A DNA stretch of 64,000 nucleotides from an uncultured Methanosarcinaceae archaeon (GTDB taxonomy: Archaea > Halobacteriota > Methanosarcinia > Methanosarcinales > Methanosarcinaceae): the NCBI GenBank assembly GCA_963847185.1, contig CAWJYV010000008.1:320001-384000 (forward strand), written 5' to 3'. The position numbers and the translations under genes were made by a program. Below the pieces are notes generated by a model. It ran no database searches. It had not been told where the DNA came from and worked only from the letters and a program-made list of their open reading frames with translations. Position 1 is the stretch's first letter, and the number at the start of each line of letters is the position of its first letter. This document shows positions 39,013-49,581 of this stretch, piece after piece.

Positions 39013-39326
39013 GATGAGCTAGTCTGGGTAGCTCGGCGTTACCTGTAACCCGAAATCGCCGATATGCGGGGGACGAAGCCAAAGGAAGATGCGTCAAAGA
39101 AACTCCAGCCTGGAATCTCAACTGAGAAGCCCCGTCCTACTTGGATGGTGCAGGTATGCGGGTTTGCTGGAAAACAGATCTTCATACCATAACTGCGGAA
39201 ACCGGTCGAGGCCCGGAAGGGAGCAGACTTACTGTGGGCAACTGTCGCTTGCGGGGTCGCGGGGTGGAGAAGAGAATCCAGTCTCCTGGAATCTCCAAGA
39301 TGCACCAACCTGAGGTGTGCTCATCA
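39013..39326 (+). ncRNA. ffs: Archaeal signal recognition particle (7S) RNA
   Basis: Terminal pairing gatgagc/gctcatc, Alu-like cctgtaaccc, helix 8 motif aggcccggaagggagcag, TATA at 38983. Confidence 0.92.
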
Positions 39327-39468
39327 CTTCAAACTTTTCGAGAGCTTACTTCTATAGTATAATTTAATTCTTTGAAACTCTTTGGGTAACACAATTGTAA
39401 AATGCTCTCCGGAAAAGATTAAATACATGAAATGCGTTTAAGGGGACGCGCTTCTTAAAGTCCGTTGT

Positions 39469-39553
39469 GACGAGATAGCCAAGCCCGGTATGGCGCGGGA
39501 TTGCTAATCCCGTGATGCCCCGCATCCCGGGGGTTCGAGTCCCCCTCTCGTCG
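39469..39553 (+). tRNA. tRNA-Ser(GCT)
   Basis: Acceptor GACGAGA/TCTCGTC, anticodon arm cggga-ttGCTaa-tcccg, long variable arm, GGTTCGAG T-loop. Confidence 0.95.
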
Positions 39554-39728
39554 TTTCATTTTTTCATAAACTTTTTTATTCATTCAGTATTTATGCAAGA
39601 TGTTCGTAGCCTCAAATTTTCCTATCCTGCCGTTGTTCAAGACTATTAATTTTCATATATTGCCCCCCCTTTTCTTAATAGAGTTCAAGTCAATGAAATT
39701 TATATTATTTAAAAATTAATATCTATTA

Positions 39729-41717
39729 ATGGCAGACCTGCTTCTAACCGACCTTCTTATCATTTTCGGGCTTTCCATTCCTGTAGTTTTTATTTTTTCA
39801 AGGTTAAAAATAGCTCCGCTTGTGGGTTTTTTGCTTGCAGGTATCCTAGCAGGACCTTTCGGTTTCGGATTGATTAGGGATATAGAAAATATCGAAGTCC
39901 TGGCTGAGATCGGAGTCGTCTTATTGCTCTTTACTATCGGGATAGAGTTCTCTCTGCGTGAACTTCTCAAGCTCAGGCGAATTGTTCTTTTAGGAGGGGG
40001 ACTGCAGGTTTTTCTTACTACGGTTATTGTTGCTTTTATCTTCTCGGGGCTTGGATATCCCCCTAAAGCTGCGATTTACATGGGGCTTATTGTATCATTG
40101 AGCAGCACCGCTATTGTCCTGAAATTGCTTCAGGAAAAGGGGGAGATATATAGTGCGCATGGAAGAATTGCACTCGGAATCCTTATTTTTCAGGATATAG
40201 CTGCAGTTTTGATAATTATTCTTGCTCCTCTTCTTGCTGGGCAAACAGTAACTGGAGATGCTATCTTTGAGCTTGCTTTTAGAGGAATCGGGCTTGTCCT
40301 TCTCACCCTTATAAGTTCCCGTTATGTAGTTCCTTTTCTTCTGTTCCAGGTGGCGAAGACGCGCAATAACGAACTTTTCTTACTAAGCGTCGTGGTAATA
40401 GGTCTTTCAGTTGCCTGGATTACCTCTTTGGCAGGTCTTTCCCTTGCTCTTGGAGCTTTTCTTGCAGGATTGATTATTTCTGATTCTGAATACTCTACAC
40501 AGGCACTTGGAAATGTTATTCCTTTCAGGGATATGTTCATGAGTATCTTTTTTATCTCCACAGGTATGCTGCTGGATCTTGATCTTATAAGGACGCATTT
40601 TTTCCTTATTCTTGCAGCCACTGCTCTGGTCCTCTTCCTTAAAACTATTGTAAATGCCCAAACTACTTTCCTAATAGGGTTTCCTCTGCATACTATGCTC
40701 CTTGTAGGTTTTTCCCTGGCCCAAATAGGCGAATTTTCTCTTATTACGGCGAGTGTAGGTTTCGAGAATGGGATTCTTTCAGAGGAAATCTATCAGGAGT
40801 TCCTGGCTGTTACCGTGCTTTCTATGGTACTGACTCCTTTTTTCATGGATCTGGGGCATTACTATGCAGCTTCCAGCCAGAGACTTCACCTTCCCGGAGT
40901 ACTCGTATATGACCGGTACAGGATTTTCCAGGGAGAGAAACAGGGAGAAAAACTTGAAAATCACCTGATCATAATAGGTTTTGGAGTCAATGGAAGGAAT
41001 GTTGGAATTGCTGCCCAAAAAGCTTTGATTCCCTATTTGATCATTGAAATTAATCCCGAAACTGTCAAACATGAAAAACTAAAAGGAGAGCCGATTATCT
41101 ATGGAGATGCAGCCCAGAAAGCTGTGCTTGAGCATGCAGGGATCAGGGCAGCAAAATCAGTTGTAATTACCGCAGGAGATCCTGCAAGTTCCATACGAAT
41201 CATTGAAGCAGCCAGGAGACTAAATCCTGATACTCATATTATTGCAAGAACTCACTTCCTGAATCAACTTGATAACTTATATTCTATAGGGGCCAATGAG
41301 GTTGTCTCGGATGAATTTGAGTCTTCCATAGAACTCTTTTCCAGGGTACTTAATACTTACATGGTCCCTGAGAATGAAATTGAAACTATGAATACACAGC
41401 TCAGGGCCGACCATTACCAGGTACTTCGTAATCCTGAATTGCATCGGACAGGCATATGTGAACTTGCCCTTGACTTCTCTGATGTGGAAATTAAAAGTAT
41501 AAGAGTTGAAAAAGGTTCGGAAGCTTCAGGAAAAACTCTGGGAGATCTTGATATCAGAAAAAGGTATGGAATTACCATCCTTGCTATTTCCAGAGATCAC
41601 AGACTCATATACGACTTGGGAGCTAAAACAGAACTTAAGCAAGATGATATTTTGCTTGTAATCAGCCCTCCAGAACAACTTGAGGAAATTAGGGAGATTT
41701 TTTCAAAAACGAGCTGA
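39729..41717 (+). CDS. Kef-type CPA2 K+/H+ antiporter with TrkA-N and TrkA-C domains
   Basis: Many TM helices, LSSTAIV, GFGVNG Rossmann motif, YGDA. Confidence 0.93.
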   Translation: MADLLLTDLLIIFGLSIPVVFIFSRLKIAPLVGFLLAGILAGPFGFGLIRDIENIEVLAEIGVVLLLFTIGIEFSLRELLKLRRIVLLGGGLQVFLTTVIVAFIFSGLGYPPKAAIYMGLIVSLSSTAIVLKLLQEKGEIYSAHGRIALGILIFQDIAAVLIIILAPLLAGQTVTGDAIFELAFRGIGLVLLTLISSRYVVPFLLFQVAKTRNNELFLLSVVVIGLSVAWITSLAGLSLALGAFLAGLIISDSEYSTQALGNVIPFRDMFMSIFFISTGMLLDLDLIRTHFFLILAATALVLFLKTIVNAQTTFLIGFPLHTMLLVGFSLAQIGEFSLITASVGFENGILSEEIYQEFLAVTVLSMVLTPFFMDLGHYYAASSQRLHLPGVLVYDRYRIFQGEKQGEKLENHLIIIGFGVNGRNVGIAAQKALIPYLIIEINPETVKHEKLKGEPIIYGDAAQKAVLEHAGIRAAKSVVITAGDPASSIRIIEAARRLNPDTHIIARTHFLNQLDNLYSIGANEVVSDEFESSIELFSRVLNTYMVPENEIETMNTQLRADHYQVLRNPELHRTGICELALDFSDVEIKSIRVEKGSEASGKTLGDLDIRKRYGITILAISRDHRLIYDLGAKTELKQDDILLVISPPEQLEEIREIFSKTS

Positions 41718-42006
41718 GAGTGGATATTCTTCTGGAATATTTTCTCTTTTTTTCTCTTTTTTATTTTTCTGCTCTTATTACTTACTTAAATAATGAACTA
41801 TCTCCTTTATCTCTTTTTTTCTTCCACTCTATTCTCTTAAATAATTCACAATAACTTTAAATAATGTATCTTTCTATTTACTATATGTAAAGTTTATATT
41901 ACATATTGTAATCGAAAATAGTCAATTTGTTTGCACTACCATACTTAATGACTTTAATTATTAATTTGATTTTTATTGAAATACCATACTTACGGAGGAT
42001 TCGCAA

Positions 42007-42389
42007 ATGAAAAAGAAAGAATTCAGAATTATTTCTTTCCTTATTCCAATGATTATGGGAGTTATCGTTGTTCATTCAATATCAATCGGAAATCCGATAC
42101 TTGCTGTGGGTTCCGTTTTTGCAGGCATGATTGTCATGTACCTTTCTAAACACAGGCTAAATGATATTGTGGAAGACGAGCGTATTCGTCAGATTAGTCA
42201 GAAAGCTTCTGGATTACTCTTCAATTTATTGCTGTCAGCTTTGCCCTTGGAGGAACAGCCCTTATAGCAATGAAAAACACTTATCCAGGCTATATAAATC
42301 TTGGTTTTTTCATGGCATATGCAAGTTGTGCAGTTCTTGTTCTTTACTCCCTTTCTTACATTTATTGCAACAGGGAGTATGGGGGATGA
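42007..42389 (+). pseudogene. DUF2178-like membrane protein with single frameshift near 42210
   Basis: VEDER..I..KAS motif, then hydrophobic continuation WITLQFIAVSFALGGTALIAMK...REYGG* in another frame. Confidence 0.7.
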
Positions 42390-42423
42390 TAAAGCTGATT
42401 TAGCAAAAAGTACGGAGTCTGAG

Positions 42424-42627
42424 ATGAAGAACAATATTAAAGTTTACAGGGCAATCCATGATCTTACGCAGGAAAACCTTGCTGAAAAGGTAGGGGTAAC
42501 AAGGCAAACCATACATGCTATTGAAAAAGGTAAATACGATCCCTCTCTTGAGCTTGCATTCAAACTTTCCAGGCTTTTTGGTGCCCGAATTGAGGATATC
42601 TTCCTCTATAAGGACGGTGAAAATTGA
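42424..42627 (+). CDS. XRE-family helix-turn-helix regulator
   Basis: MKNNIK, LTQENLAEKVGVTRQTI, PSLELAFKL; start could be 42379. Confidence 0.92.
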   Translation: MKNNIKVYRAIHDLTQENLAEKVGVTRQTIHAIEKGKYDPSLELAFKLSRLFGARIEDIFLYKDGEN

Positions 42628-43047
42628 GATACTCTGAGTAAAAAGATTGAACTATTTAGTTTCTAAAGGGTTTACCTTAGAATCTCGAAACTATTTTTAA
42701 CCCAAAATTTCTTTAAAAAAATTTCCTTTATTATATTTTGTCGAGATAAACTTAGCTTTCCTAATTTCCCTAATGCAAATAAACTGTAAGACAAAAGTCA
42801 TATATTTCTTTCTTATTTTCTGAAAAAACAATAATCTGAGAGCTATCAAGACTTCTGGGTGAGTAAGCTAACTTTCTTTGAAGCAAATGCGCCGACGCAT
42901 CATGAAAAACAACTTTTGTTTTTAAATATGTTTATAAGAAATGAGAAGATAGTAATAATCAGCATACGTTTGCTATGTAAAACCTGCGTGTGTCAACAAA
43001 AATTAACATGTAAATATCCAGATAACAAGAAACAAGAGGGAAGAAAT

Positions 43048-43227
43048 ATGATGCAATCTTTTATAGTGGAACATTATCTCAGCAAAGCTATAGATGTTTA
43101 CTGTGGCGGGCCAGATGTTTTTAAGGGAACAGTAGAAGCCTGTGCTGATAATGTCCTTACGCTGAATAATGAAGGGAAGCTTACCCACATAGCTATTGAT
43201 AAAATAATAGCACTCTGGGCTCAATAA
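43048..43227 (+). CDS. Small conserved Methanosarcina protein (MM0924-like), copy 1
   Basis: SD gaggg, MMQSFIVEHYLSKAIDVYCGGPD...; tandem paralog follows. Confidence 0.8.
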   Translation: MMQSFIVEHYLSKAIDVYCGGPDVFKGTVEACADNVLTLNNEGKLTHIAIDKIIALWAQ

Positions 43228-43274
43228 TCTAAGGACTTTATATTTCAAGATCGTCACATTAGAGGTATGATAAA

Positions 43275-43451
43275 ATGCAATCTTTTATTGTGGAACACCA
43301 CCTGGGTGAAGTCATAGATGTTTACTGTGGAGGGCCTGATGTTTTTAATGGAAAGGTAGAAGCCTGCGCAGACAACGTGCTTACTCTTGGACAGGACGGA
43401 AAGTACACACATATAGCAATTGATAAAATTATAGCGCTCTGGCGTGCTTAA
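43275..43451 (+). CDS. Small conserved Methanosarcina protein (MM0924-like), copy 2, 58 aa
   Basis: Manual translation MQSFIVEHHLGEVIDVYCGGPDVFNGKVEACADNVLTLGQDGKYTHIAIDKIIALWRA; SD gaggt. Confidence 0.8.
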   Translation: MQSFIVEHHLGEVIDVYCGGPDVFNGKVEACADNVLTLGQDGKYTHIAIDKIIALWRA

Positions 43452-43598
43452 AATAAAAAAGTTCAAGAGCTTGGAAAAATTTATTGAATAAAAGGCTCTG
43501 TTAGCACAGATAAAACTCTGGGAATACGTGGAAAAGCTGGTGGAAAAGAAGCTTCTTGACTTTCAGCTTTTTCCATCAATTCAAGATAAATATACTTA

Positions 43599-44474
43599 TT
43601 ATGCTATTTTACGGCTTTTTGCATTAGATGCAATAAACTCTCGCATTAATTTTGCTCCCAGCATGGCTGCCTGTCCTGAATCATACTCAGGAGCGATTTC
43701 TACAATATCAAAAGCCATTGAGAAAGGAGCAAGAGTCCTTACTGCAGTTCTTACATCTCTGGCACTCAGACCGAAAGGCTCCGGTGTTCCGAGACCAGGG
43801 GCATAAGAAGGGTCTATGGCATCCATATCAAGAGAAAGATACAGCTGACTGCAGCCCAGCCACTCAACAGCTTCCTTTAGGACTTCAACCATGCCTATGG
43901 ACTCCACATCATCGGCTGTATAATATTTCAGTTTATTTTCCCTGGCAAAAACCCATTCCTCTTCAGGGCCGCTTCTAATTCCTATAGATACCAAATTCTT
44001 CGTAATCTGATTGAGAATATTTCGGGATACACAGGCATGATTATTCTTGAATCCTCTATATTCCTCCCTAAGATCAAAATGGGCATCCAGTACAAGAACT
44101 CCAAAATCATCCCCTGCAAATTCTGCACAGGCTTTTACCATAGCAAACGTCAGGGAATGTTCCCCTCCAAGCATGATAGGGAGTTTTCCATCATTAAGGA
44201 GATCTTTTGCGGCTTCGTAGAGGCTCTGCAAGGTTTCGTCAACCGAAGCTGAGGTTTCCATATTTCCTGCATCGTAAATGGGAATGTCTACAATGTCAAT
44301 GTCGAAAGTAGGGTTGTAACTCTCAAAATTTGCAGAGACCTGCCTCATAGCGTCTGGAGCCCAGCGACTTCCTGCCCGATATGATGAGGTATTGTCAAAA
44401 GGCACACCAAAAATTACATAGCGTGCGGATTCATAATCTGAGAGGGCATCTATAAAAGAATTAGGTAAAAACAT
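43599..44474 (-). CDS. speB: Agmatinase
   Basis: GGEHS, DAHFD, DMDAIDPSYAPG; next to aIF-5A; start set at MFLPN. Confidence 0.93.
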   Translation of the reverse strand: MFLPNSFIDALSDYESARYVIFGVPFDNTSSYRAGSRWAPDAMRQVSANFESYNPTFDIDIVDIPIYDAGNMETSASVDETLQSLYEAAKDLLNDGKLPIMLGGEHSLTFAMVKACAEFAGDDFGVLVLDAHFDLREEYRGFKNNHACVSRNILNQITKNLVSIGIRSGPEEEWVFARENKLKYYTADDVESIGMVEVLKEAVEWLGCSQLYLSLDMDAIDPSYAPGLGTPEPFGLSARDVRTAVRTLAPFSMAFDIVEIAPEYDSGQAAMLGAKLMREFIASNAKSRKIA

Positions 44475-44554
44475 AATCCAACCTGCACGTAATATATTTT
44501 TAGTAAAAAAAGAGCTCAGGTTGTTGACCTGAGTTTTCACTGCTTTGAGGAAAC

Positions 44555-44941
44555 TTACATCCTTATGTCGAGTTTGATCTTGCCGAGGGCTGTAATGTAA
44601 GAAACTTCTTCTCCCTCTTTGACTTTCTCTTTGTACTCCTCAGGAATCATGATTTCAAAGGTTGAGAAGTCTCCCATGTCCATAAGCTGGGCAATGTTCC
44701 CGGTAATAGAGATTATCTGTGCACTCTTTCTTTCCACAATCGGGACGTAGACTTTGTTTGCAACGGAACCTATGTAGGAGCGCTTCTGTCCGTCAAAGAG
44801 GCCGATAGCCTCTACTCTTGCTTTTGCAGCTCCGTGTTTTCCTGGCTTGGACTTGGTAATGCTCTTTATGACGCATGCTTCGTCATCGATGATTAAGTAT
44901 TTCCCTTCTTTTAAGTCTTTTACTTCTACTTGCTGTTTCAT
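44555..44941 (-). CDS. eif5a: Translation factor aIF-5A
   Basis: SKPGKHGAAK hypusine motif; start set at MKQQ. Confidence 0.97.
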   Translation of the reverse strand: MKQQVEVKDLKEGKYLIIDDEACVIKSITKSKPGKHGAAKARVEAIGLFDGQKRSYIGSVANKVYVPIVERKSAQIISITGNIAQLMDMGDFSTFEIMIPEEYKEKVKEGEEVSYITALGKIKLDIRM

Positions 44942-45396
44942 AACAATTCTCCCATATGTCTTTAAGACATGTAGTATCAATAAGCTGTAAACGCCATACC
45001 GAAATCCCTGATTCCTTTTTCCTGGTTCAAGTCCGGCGGAGCAGTATTAGAAGGCTTTTCTAATTTTTGCCTGTCTCTTCTTTTATCCATACATCGCTTC
45101 TATCGCTCAGTACAGTAAAATCGGAAAGTAATTTCTGGCCTGGATGCCTGCAGACCTATAAAGGTCGAGAATTAATACGATTAATTATCCTACAGTATAT
45201 AACGCTTATGCGAGATTCCACTCTTTCTGGCGAGATTTCAGGGGAAAAGGCCCGAAACGCACAAAAAATATCGTTTATCTATGGAAAACATCCGGGTTTA
45301 GAAGATAAAACATTATACGCTACTTAAATATTTATTTTTCTATCTGGCATATCTTACTGGCTGGGAAAACTTTTTGGCTCCATTAATTCCCTTTTT

Positions 45397-47133
45397 TCAG
45401 CAACTGAGCCCAAGTTCTTTCAGTTTTCCAGATAAAGGTACTCCTTCTCTGTCCCATCCGCGGTAATGATAGTATTCCTGAAGGGCAGTCTCAAACTCTG
45501 TCCTGGAAACTGTGTCTCCTTCGTTTTCTCCATCTCTTTCAAAAAATCTTTCTGGAATAATGTCATCTTTCCGTGCAAAACCTGCCCCAAGGTTATAAAT
45601 TCTCTCCAGATTCCAGATCCTCTCTCCTATTCTCAGGAGTTCAGCAGGCGAGATTTCCATCCCTGCAGCCGAAAGCAAAAGAGCTGAGCATATTTCTTCA
45701 TTAAAAGCAAAAATTGAGAACGGACAGAGCACAAGAGAGTCAAGTACAGAGGTCAGGTTTTCAAAAACCTGAAGAATTCCTGCTTTTCCTTTTAGGCTCA
45801 GGCGATCAAGGCTCAAAGGTTTTCCAAGTATCTCGGGTCCAATCATAAAGGCGGTCAGGTAATCCCCTCCGTGTGAAGATGTAGCATAGGCAAGGGCCTG
45901 CCCCTTTATTCCTCCTGGATCAAAGCCTGCCAGTTCCAGACCTTTTACATCCATACTCAAATCTTCTTTTCCTCTGGCCGAAAGATATTTTCTGGCTCCT
46001 CCTCCCATTTCACTCCCTTCTCCTATTTCCAGGAGCAAAGATTCCAGTTCATCAGGTTCTATTGATCCCCACTTTTGTTCTATTCCTGATTTAAGTTCTG
46101 AGAATGCGCCGAGAACCGAACCTGTCGAAACCGGATCAAGCCCGTAATCCTTACATATCCCGTCGGCGTTGAGTATGGAAGTAAAGTCTGGATTTTCAAG
46201 GTTAAACCCGAATGCCCAGAGAGAATCATAATCAGGTACAATTTGTCCTGTCTCTTTTATTCTCTTTTTGCAGCCCAGAGGACAGCCCGAGCAGCTTTCT
46301 TTTTCAAGCTCAAAACAGGCTTTTATATATTCTCCTGAGAGAAGATCTGCAAAAGGCGTTCCTTTTCCGGTAAAATTTCTGCTGGGTATGAGATTCATAT
46401 AATTCAAAAGCTTCACAAGCACAGGCGTACCGTAGTTTGCAAGCCCTTTGGAAAGTATGGGACTTGCATCGAAAAGCTTCAAAATTTTTGTATTAAGCAC
46501 TTTTAGCCCCTGAGGATTAGAAGGTAACAGTTCTTTTTCTCCTTTTACAACTACGGCTTTCAGCATTTTTGAGCCTGCAACAGCTCCGAGCCCTCCTCTC
46601 CCGCTGTAAACGGAGTCAGTTACAAAAGAGGATATAAGAACCTGTTTCTCTCCAGCCCTGCCTATACAGGCCACGCTTCCCTTTCTTTTGAGAGCTTCAG
46701 TACAGGCTTTAACATTCTTCCCCCAGAGTCCTTCTGCAGGTACAATTTCAGTATTTTCATCCCTGACTTCCACATAAACAGGCCTCTTTGCCTTTCCGGT
46801 AATAACCAGGGCATCAATCCCGGCTTTTTTCAGCTCTCTCCCAAAGCCTCCTTCTATATTCCAGCTAAACACTGTGCCTGTTAGGGGTGATTTCGATGTA
46901 AGCACTGCCCCTGAAGCCATAGGTGCAAAGCCTGAAAGTGGACCTGATGTGAAAATCAGGGGATTGACGGGGCTAAGTGTATCAATATAGGAATCTGTAA
47001 GCTCGGAAAGTAGTTTTACTCCAAGTCCTCTGCCTCCAAGGTAGCTTAGAATTAACTTTTCGTCAGTTTTGGTGACACTGACTGATTCGGCGCCAAGATC
47101 TACATATATTGTTTTTCCTATCGAGCCTGCCAT
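45397..47133 (-). CDS. Aldehyde ferredoxin oxidoreductase family protein
   Basis: YLGGRGLG, KSPLTG, GRGGLGAV.GSK.LKA, CxxCPxGC, YYxxRGW. Confidence 0.92.
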   Translation of the reverse strand: MAGSIGKTIYVDLGAESVSVTKTDEKLILSYLGGRGLGVKLLSELTDSYIDTLSPVNPLIFTSGPLSGFAPMASGAVLTSKSPLTGTVFSWNIEGGFGRELKKAGIDALVITGKAKRPVYVEVRDENTEIVPAEGLWGKNVKACTEALKRKGSVACIGRAGEKQVLISSFVTDSVYSGRGGLGAVAGSKMLKAVVVKGEKELLPSNPQGLKVLNTKILKLFDASPILSKGLANYGTPVLVKLLNYMNLIPSRNFTGKGTPFADLLSGEYIKACFELEKESCSGCPLGCKKRIKETGQIVPDYDSLWAFGFNLENPDFTSILNADGICKDYGLDPVSTGSVLGAFSELKSGIEQKWGSIEPDELESLLLEIGEGSEMGGGARKYLSARGKEDLSMDVKGLELAGFDPGGIKGQALAYATSSHGGDYLTAFMIGPEILGKPLSLDRLSLKGKAGILQVFENLTSVLDSLVLCPFSIFAFNEEICSALLLSAAGMEISPAELLRIGERIWNLERIYNLGAGFARKDDIIPERFFERDGENEGDTVSRTEFETALQEYYHYRGWDREGVPLSGKLKELGLSC

Positions 47134-47327
47134 ATTGAATCCTTTATTTTTTCACTTTGATTTCTATATTTTTTTATAACTCTACTTTCTCTACTTCTTT
47201 TTAATTTCTTTTGTATTTTTCTATTGTTATTCCTTTTGTAGCCTATTTTTTATCCCTTGAGTTCCAGGTTTAATTTTAAATATTCTTTTCTGTATGTTAA
47301 GAAGTAAGCGTTAAAAGATGTTTTAAA

Positions 47328-47831
47328 ATGTGCCTTTTTCTCAAGATCTTAAAAGAGCCAGCCTTTAAGACAGGGAAATCTCACATATTATGTATGAATC
47401 TGGAGAAACCTTATATTATTTCTGTATATGCCCTTCTCCGGAACGAGAAAGGCGAATTTTTGCTTCTCAGGCGCTCGGAAAATTCAAAAACTAATCCGGG
47501 CAAATGGGATTTGCCAGGGGGAAAACTGGGTCGTATGGAACCTCTTAAAGAAGCCGTTGTAAGAGAAGTATGGGAGGAAACCGGGATTTCAATCGTTCCC
47601 GGGGACATTGCAGGATATGTAGCCTTTGAACTTCCCGAAAAAAAAGTAGTCGCCATAGTTTATGATGGTGGTTATATCATTGCTGATATAAAATTAAGCT
47701 ATGAGCATATAGAGTATGCATGGATTTCCCTTGAAAGCATTTTGGAAATGAATACTCTGCCTGCTTATTTCAAAGATTTCTTTAAAATATTTGACGTAGA
47801 GAACAAAAAATCTTCAGGGTCAACCATTTAA
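47328..47831 (+). CDS. NUDIX hydrolase
   Basis: PGG...E...AVVREVWEETG Nudix box; start likely at MNLEKP. Confidence 0.9.
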   Translation: MCLFLKILKEPAFKTGKSHILCMNLEKPYIISVYALLRNEKGEFLLLRRSENSKTNPGKWDLPGGKLGRMEPLKEAVVREVWEETGISIVPGDIAGYVAFELPEKKVVAIVYDGGYIIADIKLSYEHIEYAWISLESILEMNTLPAYFKDFFKIFDVENKKSSGSTI

Positions 47832-47843
47832 TTCAAATGAAGA

Positions 47844-47878
47844 ATTCGATTCGATTCGATTCGATTCGATTCAATTCA
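47844..47878. repeat. Pentanucleotide microsatellite (ATTCG)5(ATTCA)2
   Basis: Seen directly between convergent genes. Confidence 0.9.
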
Positions 47879-47936
47879 TGATTTTAGGCTGACATTATCC
47901 TGAAAATTCTTCGTTTCATTTCTTTCCTTTGAATTT

Positions 47937-48662
47937 TTACTTAAGGTATTCATCCTCAAGTTCTTTCCTTTTTTTCCTGCTAAGTCGCCAGCTTACAGAG
48001 AGGAAGACAATAATCGCAACAGCCCCGTAAAGTGCTGTGCGCAGCAGAGGGCTATACTTAGTCAACAGGATAGGATCTATGTTGTCCCTCATCTCGTATT
48101 CAGGATACATGATATCTCCCTTATCGTTGCTGTGATCCAGCCCAAGGGCGTGTCCAAGCTCATGTTTTGCAATTACAAGCATAGTTGCGTCCCCATATTG
48201 TCGCCAGGCTTTGCCCTTATAATTTCCTACTTCAAGAACTATATCTACCCTTCCAAATTTTCCATGGATTGTAGTAGGAAGTGCATAGCCTGCAACTCCT
48301 GAAGGCGCACCCTGGACAGTTTCTAAATTTTCTACCCATATTATCTTTATGTCAGCTTCTTCAGAATCCACAAGCTTAAAAACAGGCTTGTACTTCAGGT
48401 TCCCGTTACCCCCTTCTTCCCAGTATTCAAGAGCCTTTTCGATCTGTCCATAATAGGTAGGACTGTAGTGCTCAGGTACGCTTTTGTTATCTATATATAC
48501 TGTAATAGGAGAATGATCCCATGGATAATCTAAAATTCTTCCTTGGCTTTCTTCGGAAGATGTAAAAATCTGTTGAAATGGTAACTGTGCCATTAAGATC
48601 AGTTCGTTTTCTTCAGAAGCTGTAGAACCTAAAGGTAAAATTAGTACCATCAATAACAGCAC
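47937..48662 (-). CDS. Matrixin-family (M10) zinc metalloprotease, membrane anchored
   Basis: HELGHALGLDH, Met-turn DIMYP, C-terminal TM; start uncertain. Confidence 0.88.
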   Translation of the reverse strand: MLLLMVLILPLGSTASEENELILMAQLPFQQIFTSSEESQGRILDYPWDHSPITVYIDNKSVPEHYSPTYYGQIEKALEYWEEGGNGNLKYKPVFKLVDSEEADIKIIWVENLETVQGAPSGVAGYALPTTIHGKFGRVDIVLEVGNYKGKAWRQYGDATMLVIAKHELGHALGLDHSNDKGDIMYPEYEMRDNIDPILLTKYSPLLRTALYGAVAIIVFLSVSWRLSRKKRKELEDEYLK

Positions 48663-48948
48663 AAAGAACAGTTTTATTCCGTTCGTTCCATTCCGATTAA
48701 TGTAAACCAGCCTTCCTTATCACTAATTGTTTAATTCTAAAAACAGATGTAATGGAATCTGTACACTGGATTATTTTTATTATTCTTATTAAATAAAATC
48801 TGTTGCAGGAATGCTCTAATTTATGCACTTTAACTTTAAATAATATTTTTCAAGCAGGACAGAAACATCAAAAAATAAAATTAAGTTTCATAAACTGAAT
48901 TTACAAAACTCAGAAAAACAGAATTAACTTATTTTTGAATTCACCTAT

Positions 48949-49437
48949 TTACTTAAGAGTGGCTTTGGAAATATTGCATACTTCACAGTTCTGATCATAG
49001 CCGTTTTCTTCTTTTTCTATCTCTTCATCTTCACTTTTCTCGTCACCAGGAAACTCGGAAGCAAGAGCTCTTGTACTTTCTGCAAGTACTGCAGCGTTAG
49101 AAATGGATGCTCCTATCATAATGGCATTAAATATGCTCTCTTTCTTGATTCCTCTCCTTTTTGCGATTCTAATATGCATTTTCAGGCAGTGGTCGCAGCG
49201 AAGGGCAGAAGCTACTCCTATTGAAATAAGTTCTACTGTCTCAGGATCGAGGTTTTTAAATTCCCTCATTATAGAGTTGTCATAAAGGGTTTTCGGGATA
49301 AAAATCTCCGGGAGATCTTTCATGAAATTCATAATGTAAGGGACTTCGCCATATTGCTTCCGAACATCCTCCAGAAGTTCAGGAACCGCTCTTTCAGGGT
49401 CCTTTTTCAAAATTTCCACAATATCTTCAAGTTCCAT
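48949..49437 (-). CDS. Carboxymuconolactone decarboxylase / AhpD-like protein
   Basis: ELISIGVASALRCDHCLKMH. Confidence 0.85.
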   Translation of the reverse strand: MELEDIVEILKKDPERAVPELLEDVRKQYGEVPYIMNFMKDLPEIFIPKTLYDNSIMREFKNLDPETVELISIGVASALRCDHCLKMHIRIAKRRGIKKESIFNAIMIGASISNAAVLAESTRALASEFPGDEKSEDEEIEKEENGYDQNCEVCNISKATLK

Positions 49438-49581
49438 ACGAAACCACCATCATATCTCTACGTGGAAACTGGAATATGACGCCATTTTTTCCGGGTCAGG
49501 CTTTACAGTTTTAAGGATAAGTGAGAAACACAAACCCAGTAAAAATGTAAAGTAATAATTCTTAACACAACAGAATCCGGG

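Noticed and set aside
39039-39362. Three overlapping ORFs in the track
   Set aside because: They overlap the SRP RNA gene
44942-45330. Possible long structured leader of aIF-5A/speB
   Set aside because: GC-richer than other spacers, but I could not identify a convincing structure or motif
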